Source: a virus
Taxonomy: Duplodnaviria > Caudoviricetes
Virus record (IMG/VR): IMGVR_UViG_3300042350_003801
Length of the DNA stretch: 64,000 nt
Reading direction: 5' to 3' (one strand)
Made by a program: the position numbers and the translations under genes. The stretch's first letter is position 1; each line of letters opens with the position of its first letter. A model generated the notes under the pieces. That model was given only the letters and a program-made list of their open reading frames with translations. It made no database searches and was not told the origin of the DNA. Below are positions 49,450 to 58,937 of the stretch, piece by piece.

Positions 49450-49628
49450 AAACTTTTGAGCAGTTTATAAACGAGGCAAACGCAGCAAAACCCGATGCCC
49501 TGAGAACTATTGAAAGAAAATGGGAAAACCGACCTGACCATAAAGGTGTAAATGTTTATGCAACTAAAAAAGATAGCCATATAAAACTTCACGATTTATT
49601 TGTTCCACCACATTTGAGGGGTTTTTAA
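49446..49628 (+). pseudogene. capsid-targeted GNAT-like gene truncated by IS607
   Basis: Leader MKTFEQFINE; ends LHDLFVPPHLRG at the start of a GNAT motif A (RGxGxG); its stop codon lies inside the IS left end. Confidence 0.6.
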
Positions 49629-49686
49629 ACAATAGTAGATTTGCTACTAAATACTAATGTCAAATAACAAATACTACTAAATAAAT

Positions 49687-50280
49687 ATGTATGTAACATT
49701 AAAGGAGGCTCGTAAACAACTGGGGTTACACCCAAATACTCTTAGAAAATATGCCGACGAAGGTATTATTGATACAATTAAAACTCCTTCTGGACAGAGA
49801 AGATTCAACATTGAGTCTTTCATACAACAAAAACAAAATAGTTTGCAAACAATTCTTTACTGCAGAGTTTCTAGTGCTAGACAAAAAGACGACCTCAACA
49901 ATCAGAAAAATTATCTCATCTCCAAGTACCCAGGAGCAGAGGTCATCTCTGATGTTGGCTCTGGACTCAATTTTAAACGAAAAGGTTTGCGTACCATTCT
50001 GGAACGATTATCGCGGGGAGATTCAATCAAACTTGTGGTTGCCGAGCGTGACCGACTTTGTAGATTCGGATTTGAACTCGTTGAGTATCTCATCGTTAAA
50101 AACGGTGGAGAACTCGTGGTTCTCAACCAAATTGCAAGTAGCCCCGAAAGTGAACTCGTATCCGACATCCTTTCAATCATCCACGTCTTCTCTTGTAGAA
50201 TTCACGGGATGCGAAAGTATAAAAATCAAATCAAAGAAGATAAGGATTTACCCAACCCAAACCCAAAAATTAATTCTTAA
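49687..50280 (+). CDS. tnpA: IS607 transposase (MerR-like HTH + serine recombinase)
   Basis: LGLHPNTLRKYADEG...TPSGQRRF; YCRVSSARQKDDL (catalytic Ser); DVGSGLNFKRKGL; RDRLCRFG; ELVSDILSIIHVFSCRIHGMR. Confidence 0.96.
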   Translation: MYVTLKEARKQLGLHPNTLRKYADEGIIDTIKTPSGQRRFNIESFIQQKQNSLQTILYCRVSSARQKDDLNNQKNYLISKYPGAEVISDVGSGLNFKRKGLRTILERLSRGDSIKLVVAERDRLCRFGFELVEYLIVKNGGELVVLNQIASSPESELVSDILSIIHVFSCRIHGMRKYKNQIKEDKDLPNPNPKINS

Positions 50281-51361
50281 AAATTGGTTCGGTGCTTCTA
50301 GATTTGCTTTTAATGAAACTGTCAACTTTTTAAATGAAAGTGGGCAAAACGCAAATTGGAAAACAATAAAAACTCCTTTACTAAAATCACTTCCAGAATG
50401 GTCAACTAATGTTCCTTATCAAATAAAATCTGTTGCGATTAGAGACTGCTGCAAAGCGTTCTCTATGTGTAAGAGAAAAAATAAAGGAATAACAAAAGAC
50501 AAATGGCACAAAGTTAGTTATAGGAGTAGGAAGGATAGTAAGCAAACGATTTACATTCCAAAATCTGCGATAAAGGAAAAAGGAGTTTATTATACTATTT
50601 TAGGTGAATTGAAAATAAGTGAGGGATTACCTCAAAAAATTATGGATTCCAGATTGACGTTAGACAATGGCAATTATTATCTTATTATTCCTTATGAGCA
50701 AGAAACAACTCTTAGCGAGAATCAAACTAGAGTTGTTGCTTTGGACCCGGGAATCCGAACTTTCCAAACTTTTTATAATCCAGAATTTTCTGGACTTTTA
50801 GGAAATGGAGACATCGGAAGAATTACGAGACTTTGCCAACATCTGGATAACTTAATATCAAAAAAATCAAAATCGGCTTCAAAGCAAAAACAAAGGATTG
50901 GAAAAGCGATTAAAAGAATGAGGAACAAGATTAAAAATCTCGTTGATGAAATGCATCATAAAGTTTCCAAATTTCTAGTTGAACATTTTGACATTATATT
51001 TTTACCATCATTTGACGTTAGCCAAATGGTTAAAAGAGGTAAGAGAAAACTAAATTCAAAAACCGCACGTTCTTTATTAACTTGGTCACATTATAGATTT
51101 AAATGTTTTTTGAAGAATAAATGTGAAGAGTTTAATAAATTACTGTTAATTGTAAATGAAGCCTACACATCAAAAACTTTGTCTTGGACCGGAAGAATCA
51201 ACTATTCTTTAGTGGGTTCTAAGATTATACAAGATGATAGCCATTGTGTCAATAGAGACATAAATGGTGCCCGGAATATCTGGGTAAAAAGCGTCTCAAG
51301 AATTCTTGAGACTTTGGGAGATAGCCCCTCAGGTACTAATACCTGTGCATTGTTAACTTAG
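49952..51361 (+). CDS. tnpB: TnpB RNA-guided nuclease, pro-Fanzor-like (start uncertain; the frame is open from 49751)
   Basis: KIRIYPT...WFGASRFAFN; RuvC-I ALDPG; canonical RuvC-II Glu absent (IFLPSFDV); alternative Glu in VNEAYTSKT; RuvC-III NRDINGARNI. Confidence 0.92.
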   Translation: MLALDSILNEKVCVPFWNDYRGEIQSNLWLPSVTDFVDSDLNSLSISSLKTVENSWFSTKLQVAPKVNSYPTSFQSSTSSLVEFTGCESIKIKSKKIRIYPTQTQKLILKNWFGASRFAFNETVNFLNESGQNANWKTIKTPLLKSLPEWSTNVPYQIKSVAIRDCCKAFSMCKRKNKGITKDKWHKVSYRSRKDSKQTIYIPKSAIKEKGVYYTILGELKISEGLPQKIMDSRLTLDNGNYYLIIPYEQETTLSENQTRVVALDPGIRTFQTFYNPEFSGLLGNGDIGRITRLCQHLDNLISKKSKSASKQKQRIGKAIKRMRNKIKNLVDEMHHKVSKFLVEHFDIIFLPSFDVSQMVKRGKRKLNSKTARSLLTWSHYRFKCFLKNKCEEFNKLLLIVNEAYTSKTLSWTGRINYSLVGSKIIQDDSHCVNRDINGARNIWVKSVSRILETLGDSPSGTNTCALLT

Positions 51362-51400
51362 GTTAGCAAAATTCTATCGGCAATGAGTGCTGACTGGTTT
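51300..51400 (+). ncRNA. predicted 3' part of the TnpB omegaRNA (scaffold to 51380, guide from the flank)
   Basis: Hairpins caggta-ctaa-tacctg (51330-51345) and tgttaac-ttag-gttagca (51351-51368) at the transposon right end. By established TnpB biology the guide is the flanking sequence. The 5' boundary is unknown. Confidence 0.5.
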
Positions 51401-51477
51401 GACAAGATTATCTTAGAGAAATAATATTCTCACTTGTGATAAAACTATGAATCTAATGCCACTAGTCTAATTTATTT

Positions 51478-52071
51478 TTATGGTGCGATTTGATAAGCGC
51501 CAGAAAGGTCAAAGTGCGCATCTTTATTACCACTACTTGCCCAAAAACCACTGTTTGGCGTATTATATTTCCAATCTAAATCTGTAGTTGTTGAAAAATA
51601 ATATAGTTTCATCAGTGACAAACCTTCTGCAACATCAACAATTGCTGCAATATGAAACCTACTTGGGGAACCAGTTCCAGATGTCATATGTAAACTGCCA
51701 CCACGAATAGAAGTGGTGGCAGCAGCAGGAAATGGAAGAGTAAATTGATATTGACCGGTTCCGTATGTTGTCGTCGCGGAAAACTGAACATTTAATCTAA
51801 AGTGACAAATCAATCCCTGTAGAACATAAGAAGCTGTTACAGAACCACCACCAATTGCAAATGTTCCAGAAGCATCGGTAAATTGTGGATTGAAAGTTTG
51901 GTTCACCGAGACAATACCAAAAGGAATACCTCCAGGTGTTATTCCATCCGAAAGACGAATTGGGGTTGTTCCATTAATATCATAAAAAATTTCTCCCCTT
52001 TTACCAATGTATTCAGATGCCGTGGTAGCACCCATTTTATCTGCATAAAGTTTGAAAGTAGTATTAGACAT
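51478..52071 (-). CDS. small fibre-like structural protein (Mtd_N/hyaluronidase-like N-terminus)
   Basis: YIGKRGEIFYD...IRLSDGITPGG motif; CTAAATA late motif near 52101. Confidence 0.6.
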   Translation of the reverse strand: MSNTTFKLYADKMGATTASEYIGKRGEIFYDINGTTPIRLSDGITPGGIPFGIVSVNQTFNPQFTDASGTFAIGGGSVTASYVLQGLICHFRLNVQFSATTTYGTGQYQFTLPFPAAATTSIRGGSLHMTSGTGSPSRFHIAAIVDVAEGLSLMKLYYFSTTTDLDWKYNTPNSGFWASSGNKDAHFDLSGAYQIAP

Positions 52072-52131
52072 CGGATTTTTACTTATCCTTTCTTTTTATA
52101 TTTAGCATTCCTTTGAGTTTTTTGTTGTGGT

Positions 52132-53070
52132 TTAATATGTCTGTTCTTTCATTTCATATTCTTGATTCCAGACATCAATCCCAATATTAGCAATCATCTC
52201 TTCTTTCCACTTATTATTTCTTCCTGGAATCTTATCCCATTTGATTAGAGTTCTTACAAACTTATTCTTACCGTCTTCGGAGTCTTTCCAGATTTTGCTG
52301 AAACAATCATCCCGTTGTTTAATTGAAGATGCAATGATGACTTTAGTAGATTTACTTGCAGTAAACATAGAGAAAATCTTAATGAAGAAGTCTTGTGCAT
52401 CCTTATCCGAAACAAATGCAAACTCATCAAGATATACAAGGTCAAAACTCCGACTTTTGAAAGTGTTGTAAGATGTATTACTGGCAATAACCCTAGAACC
52501 ATTCTCCAATTCTAATGTGGACTTATTATTAATGATAACTTTATGTTGCATCCATTCTGGAAGATTTTCATAAGCAGTCTGTAATCTTTCTAGACTATTA
52601 CGAGCATCTGGGGCATTGAAAGAAAATATTCCATCGGTTACATTATCATTAAAGATGATGTGATGTAGAAGGTAAAAAAGACCGGTTGAAGTTTTACCTG
52701 CACATCTTGAACTTTTACAGATGTTGAATCGGTTGTTGTGATACTTATTAATCAGGTCTTCTTGATAAGGATAGAGTTTGAAGTCTGTGAGTCCCTTATC
52801 AATTGTGACAGTTTTTACATAGTTATTGATGAAGTATACTGGGTCTTTCTCACATTTTTGCAACTCTTCAAGGTGTTTAATGGTTTGCTTGTGTTCATCC
52901 GTGGACCAATAATGATTATCCCATCCACACATTATTGCATTTGCAAACCAGGAGCGCATTAGGTCTTCGTCTCCTCCATGTAGTTCTACAAATTCTTTTG
53001 CCCATCGTTGGGCGTTCATATCATTATTCGGGGGCTTCATTTTGATTTGTTCAGGTGTGAGTTGTTTCAT
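52132..53070 (-). CDS. terminase large subunit paralogue, ATPase domain only
   Basis: KCEKDPVYFINNYV, YPYQEDL, Walker A SRCAGKTS, LELENGS, Walker B VYLDEFAFV. Ends at WNQEYE before the nuclease domain. Confidence 0.85.
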   Translation of the reverse strand: MKQLTPEQIKMKPPNNDMNAQRWAKEFVELHGGDEDLMRSWFANAIMCGWDNHYWSTDEHKQTIKHLEELQKCEKDPVYFINNYVKTVTIDKGLTDFKLYPYQEDLINKYHNNRFNICKSSRCAGKTSTGLFYLLHHIIFNDNVTDGIFSFNAPDARNSLERLQTAYENLPEWMQHKVIINNKSTLELENGSRVIASNTSYNTFKSRSFDLVYLDEFAFVSDKDAQDFFIKIFSMFTASKSTKVIIASSIKQRDDCFSKIWKDSEDGKNKFVRTLIKWDKIPGRNNKWKEEMIANIGIDVWNQEYEMKEQTY

Positions 53071-53096
53071 AGTGTTTCAATTTATTGGTGTAATAT

Positions 53097-53642
53097 TTAG
53101 GATTCTTCTTCTTTTAGAATATTCTTGGCGAATTCAATTACATCATCTTCCCACATATCAGAATCTTCTAATACGCCATTCGCCCATTTTGCATCTGGTA
53201 TAAAGACGGGCGCGAAGATTCCATTACTTAAATCTTTTCCTCCGCCATAAGAATTCCTTGCTTTATACATATTATATTTTTTAACTACCCAAGTGCCTTC
53301 AAGGATATCATAACAAGTTTCTCCAAATTTAGCATTTTCTAGAACATAGTCTCTTTTGCATTTCTTACACCACCCGTTAGTTGGATTTATGACACTATTC
53401 GTAATAAACTCGCACCAGGGTTTGTCTTTAAAATTCAATTCACAGGAATCTGGTTTTGTTCTTTGTTTTATTGGCTTGTTAATTCTATTTTTAAGCCATT
53501 CAAAATGTTCAATATAACTATCAAAAGAGACTTCATCAAGATTTATAATGCAATGCTTATAACGATAACTGCCAATAAATCCTGGATGCTTGAGAGTAAT
53601 TTCTTCTATTCTTTTTGCTTGTTCAGGTGTTAGTAGTTTCAT
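53097..53642 (-). CDS. hypothetical protein
   Basis: 181-aa ORF; N-terminus MKLLTPEQ is shared with the neighbouring gene. Confidence 0.7.
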   Translation of the reverse strand: MKLLTPEQAKRIEEITLKHPGFIGSYRYKHCIINLDEVSFDSYIEHFEWLKNRINKPIKQRTKPDSCELNFKDKPWCEFITNSVINPTNGWCKKCKRDYVLENAKFGETCYDILEGTWVVKKYNMYKARNSYGGGKDLSNGIFAPVFIPDAKWANGVLEDSDMWEDDVIEFAKNILKEEES

Positions 53643-53658
53643 AATGTTCGGTTCTTAT

Positions 53659-54051
53659 TTAAGATAATTTTGAAATATCTTCATCTTTCAGAACTTCTTC
53701 TTGAAGTTTTAGAACTGGTTGCAAAATGAATTTTCTGAACTTATTTACGATATTCTCACGAAGATAACGTTCCATTAGAACCGAATCCCACTTTGGCGGA
53801 CAAGATAAAATCTTTCCATAATGATGCGCGAATAGTTCTTTCCAAAATGAACGATGGTCTTGTAATGCCTCCTTATTTACGGTAATCTTAAATTCTACTA
53901 CTGGAATTAGATTGTCATTAACATAGGTTTTTTCTTCAAATTGAAAGGCATTTTCGTCTTCGAAAATACTGTATTCTGGAATATGAATACCGTGAGTTTT
54001 TAGAGTCTCTTTAAGGTGTTTGTCAATTGTAAAGTTTGAAAATAATGTCAT
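53659..54051 (-). CDS. hypothetical protein
   Basis: 130-aa ORF co-oriented and packed with its neighbours. Confidence 0.65.
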   Translation of the reverse strand: MTLFSNFTIDKHLKETLKTHGIHIPEYSIFEDENAFQFEEKTYVNDNLIPVVEFKITVNKEALQDHRSFWKELFAHHYGKILSCPPKWDSVLMERYLRENIVNKFRKFILQPVLKLQEEVLKDEDISKLS

Positions 54052-54082
54052 AATGTTGGGGTTTTGGGGGTATTATGTATGG

Positions 54083-54151
54083 TTATGAAAACAATGATAG
54101 TATGAATAGGAAGACTCCGAAGAGTTCAAAGAATAGGAGGATTTGGAGCAT
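54083..54151 (-). CDS. 22-aa hydrophobic single-TM micropeptide downstream of psbA
   Basis: Manual translation MLQILLFFELFGVFLFILSLFS*; ATG 4 nt after the endonuclease stop. Confidence 0.5.
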   Translation of the reverse strand: MLQILLFFELFGVFLFILSLFS

Positions 54152-54155
54152 TTTG

Positions 54156-54956
54156 TTAATTGGGAGAATTTAAAACTTTTTTCTTTCTTCCACCAACTCC
54201 AGGGCGCTTTTTGCCTTTATTGGGTGGAACTTTACCTTTCATTGGGTTTCTATCTCCTTGCTTTGAGAAATGCCTACAGCAAGTTTGCCCCATTTTTAAT
54301 CCGGTAACTAGAACTTCTCTTTCTCCACCACAATCACAATACACTTTAACTTTAGACCATTTTGTTATTCTGGTTGGAATGTAAACTACAATCAATCCTC
54401 TTCTTTGACATTCTTGTGTAATGTGGTCTCTCCAATACTTATCGCCATAAGATGTAGTTCTATTTTCTCGCAGAATAACCTTTGCTTGTTTCAATAAAAC
54501 CATAACTGAACCTTTTGACAATCCAATTTTATTTGCAATTTTAGTGATTGAAAGTTTTTCATTTTCATACAAATTTCTTGCATATTCTCTATACTGTTCA
54601 TTAATGCTTATTCCTCTGTTCCACCCACCTTCAAAATAGTCATTATTTGTTTTGTTAATGCAAAGCGGATTGTTTTTTAAAACGTAAGTTTGGAGAACAT
54701 TAGTCTCATAATCAACAGCACCTTTATCTGATCCAAAAAATGCTATAGGATACAAAGTCCTTTTTAAAAGATTCCAATCATTATCGGAGGAACTTCCCAA
54801 ATAACCATCGTTTAAATTATGAGTTGAATGCTTTCCAAAATAAAAGTAGTTCGGTTTTTCTTCTGAAACTACAACATAAACATAATGAAACTCTCTAGTG
54901 GATTTACTTCTAACACTTTCCACTAGAAGTTTTGAATACAACAATTCCTTGTGCAT
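54156..54956 (-). CDS. free-standing GIY-YIG (Seg-like) homing endonuclease
   Basis: YVY-x-YFGKH...GYLGSS catalytic module, HTH-like segment and NUMOD3-like NPMKGKVPPNKGKK. ATG at 54956 is preferred over GTG at 54983 because a late promoter lies at 54984-54991. Confidence 0.8.
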   Translation of the reverse strand: MHKELLYSKLLVESVRSKSTREFHYVYVVVSEEKPNYFYFGKHSTHNLNDGYLGSSSDNDWNLLKRTLYPIAFFGSDKGAVDYETNVLQTYVLKNNPLCINKTNNDYFEGGWNRGISINEQYREYARNLYENEKLSITKIANKIGLSKGSVMVLLKQAKVILRENRTTSYGDKYWRDHITQECQRRGLIVVYIPTRITKWSKVKVYCDCGGEREVLVTGLKMGQTCCRHFSKQGDRNPMKGKVPPNKGKKRPGVGGRKKKVLNSPN

Positions 54957-54996
54957 AGGTCTTATAGGTTTTAACGGCAACACTATTTATCGTAGT

Positions 54997-55023
54997 AAAA
55001 AGGAGAGAACCGAAGTCCTCCCC
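54997..55023 (-). terminator. psbA intrinsic terminator
   Basis: ggggaggac-TTCG-gttctctcc-TTTTT on the minus strand (cUUCGg tetraloop). Confidence 0.8.
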
Positions 55024-55062
55024 AATTTTGCCGTTATTGGTCTATAAGACCAACTCTATTTA

Positions 55063-57079
<2,017 letters not shown>

Positions 57080-57220
57080 ATTTGAAAAAGGGTAGAAAAT
57101 GTTCGTAGGGACGAACGTGATTAATATTTCTTCTCGCCCTTAGAGAAGATATGAGAGACGTATTTGACGTGCAAAGTCTCGGTAAGCACGGGCAGCAATG
57201 TGAGGATTTCCTGACTTGCT
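57080..57220 (-). promoter_or_regulatory. long structured psbA 5' leader (PhotoRC-II-like motif candidate)
   Basis: About 140 nt untranslated with complementary GAGAC...GTCTC and GTTCGT/ACGAAC segments. The family assignment is from recollection of cyanophage psbA leaders. Confidence 0.45.
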
Positions 57221-57224
57221 GATG

Positions 57225-57258
57225 TATTTATAGTAACACTATGTTACGTTTTTGTCAA
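57225..57258 (-). promoter_or_regulatory. psbA composite promoter: sigma70 (-35 TTGACA, 17 nt, -10 TACTAT) overlapping late TATAAATA
   Basis: -35 at 57253-57258, -10 at 57230-57235, late motif at 57225-57232; palindrome GTAACA-tag-TGTTAC in the spacer. Confidence 0.8.
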
Positions 57259-57917
57259 TGAGTATTTGTGCTGGTTGAGGGATCGTCCAGGTTATCAAAC
57301 ATAAGAAAGAAAACTGGTTGCCGGCCCCGTTCTTCCAGAATGTGTCGTCCTATTAATTCACATGATGCTGCTAATACGGCAGAGGTGACTTGTAGGGTTA
57401 AAGCAGACCAACAACCATTAGCTGGATTATAGCCGTAAGATGATTGTAATAGTGCATCATACTGGTCCTTAACATTATTAATTGGGGAGGGTTTTACAGA
57501 TGAAGCCGGATACTCACTAAAGACAATATCTGCTACCTCTTTTGCAATATTCTCAGCTTCTTGTCTGGCGTCCCAAGAAACACTTTCAGCGGCTTTTCTA
57601 GAATTTAGCCAGGTTAAAAGTTTGGCTGCACTCAAGTTATTTGTTCCAATAGCCTCATCTAAGGCTGCATCTGCGGCAGCCAAGCTATGACTAAGCTCGG
57701 GAAAATTATTGAACCGTATTTTTACTTCATTCCATTGTTTTTCCGTAAGAGTATCAATATATTTCCAAAAGTCAATAACGGCTTGATAGTTTGGTCCAAG
57801 GTAATATTGGGGATACCACAATATTTTGGGGTCGTTTATTTTTTCGCTAAATTTACTGTGCGTTTTTGAGAATGGAAAATGTTGTAGTAAATGAGATGGT
57901 AGTTTAAAGTCTGTCAT
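57255..57917 (-). CDS. hypothetical protein
   Basis: 220 aa; AAGGAG RBS; LGPNYQAVIDFW motif of a cyanophage paralogous family. Confidence 0.75.
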   Translation of the reverse strand: MTDFKLPSHLLQHFPFSKTHSKFSEKINDPKILWYPQYYLGPNYQAVIDFWKYIDTLTEKQWNEVKIRFNNFPELSHSLAAADAALDEAIGTNNLSAAKLLTWLNSRKAAESVSWDARQEAENIAKEVADIVFSEYPASSVKPSPINNVKDQYDALLQSSYGYNPANGCWSALTLQVTSAVLAASCELIGRHILEERGRQPVFFLMFDNLDDPSTSTNTH

Positions 57918-57959
57918 AATTCTCCTTGTGTTAAATGTTTATTTGGTGTCACTTGTCCA

Positions 57960-58205
57960 TTACCTCTTATAATACTCAATTGTTTTCTTATTAATCTCAA
58001 TCCTCTGGTCTACTTCAAAAGTATCATTCAATGTATATTCTTCAATATCAATCTTTGGGCCTTTAATTCCGGTAGATTTTTCTACAAGAGCGAAAGATTC
58101 TTCCAACAACATCATATTCACTTTCGCTAGATGATAATCATCAAACAACCCACATTGATGAGGTTCTTCGTGGGAGTAATAGTAATAAAGTGAGTAGATT
58201 GTCAT
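57960..58205 (-). CDS. hypothetical protein
   Basis: 81-aa ORF with a 4-nt overlap to the upstream gene. Confidence 0.65.
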   Translation of the reverse strand: MTIYSLYYYYSHEEPHQCGLFDDYHLAKVNMMLLEESFALVEKSTGIKGPKIDIEEYTLNDTFEVDQRIEINKKTIEYYKR

Positions 58206-58759
58206 TTGTTTTCAGTAACAGTAAACCTTTGAGTAAGGAAGTCACCAATGATGTGCATAAAGTTACTCCATCTAAAGTATCTTTCCTTAGTGGTATAAAA
58301 GAGTTCAATATCTTCTGCACAAAGAAACTGTGAGTTATTCTTTAAAATGCTTTCTACAATATTAATATCAAAGTCCCACTGCTCGGCAATCTGTTGAGCA
58401 GTCAACCAGCCATATCTAGATTCCTTGATTGCAAAAACAATTGTAGAAGTTGTTTCTTCTAATGTATTAAAATGTTCAGCAACAAGAGCTTCAACATCCA
58501 CTGACTTGATGGCCGCTCTTACTTGGTCTAGAGAAAGGGTTGGTTCACCTGAATTTCGATGGTCTTCCAGGGCAGTTGTGCCGGTTTTAACATCTTCTGC
58601 ATACTCTAAACCGATCATAAACCGACGAGCAATAATTTGTTCAAAGGCTTCTCCCAAACTGTGCGCCACGCCATCATAATGGTCATTACCTTCGGGACCA
58701 TCATATAATGACCACTCATAATGGTCATTTTCTACTCTATGCCATATTTCAATGTTCAT
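58202..58759 (-). CDS. hypothetical protein
   Basis: 185 aa; cyanophage-type N-terminus YEWSLYDGPEGNDHYDG. Confidence 0.7.
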   Translation of the reverse strand: MNIEIWHRVENDHYEWSLYDGPEGNDHYDGVAHSLGEAFEQIIARRFMIGLEYAEDVKTGTTALEDHRNSGEPTLSLDQVRAAIKSVDVEALVAEHFNTLEETTSTIVFAIKESRYGWLTAQQIAEQWDFDINIVESILKNNSQFLCAEDIELFYTTKERYFRWSNFMHIIGDFLTQRFTVTENK

Positions 58760-58937
58760 TCCGTTCTCCTTTTGCTCTATCTTCAGAATAAACTTTGGTT
58801 GCTATCTTGGCAAGTTCAAGATAAGTTTTAAACATTTTTTCTTGATTTTCTGCTCCCCATTTACAAACAACTCTATAAGAAACTTTTTCCGTTATAAGCC
58901 TAGTGTAAATGTTTGCTAAAAGTTCTTCGTCGTTCAT
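58749..58937 (-). CDS. hypothetical protein
   Basis: 62-aa ORF in a tightly packed minus-strand run. Confidence 0.6.
   Translation of the reverse strand: MNDEELLANIYTRLITEKVSYRVVCKWGAENQEKMFKTYLELAKIATKVYSEDRAKGERNEH

Larger units (their letters stand above)
49622..51380 (+). mobile_element. IS607-family transposon (TnpA serine recombinase + pro-Fanzor-type TnpB)
   Basis: GG at both inferred junctions (49620-49621 and 51379-51380), short (TAC)TAAATA direct repeats at the left end, tnpA-tnpB overlap and hairpins at the right end. End positions are inferred. Confidence 0.88.

Noticed and set aside
49751-49951. TnpB start at 49751 (536 aa)
   Set aside because: The first ~67 codons look like an incidental open frame over the TnpA HTH; family-like sequence only begins near Met 49952.
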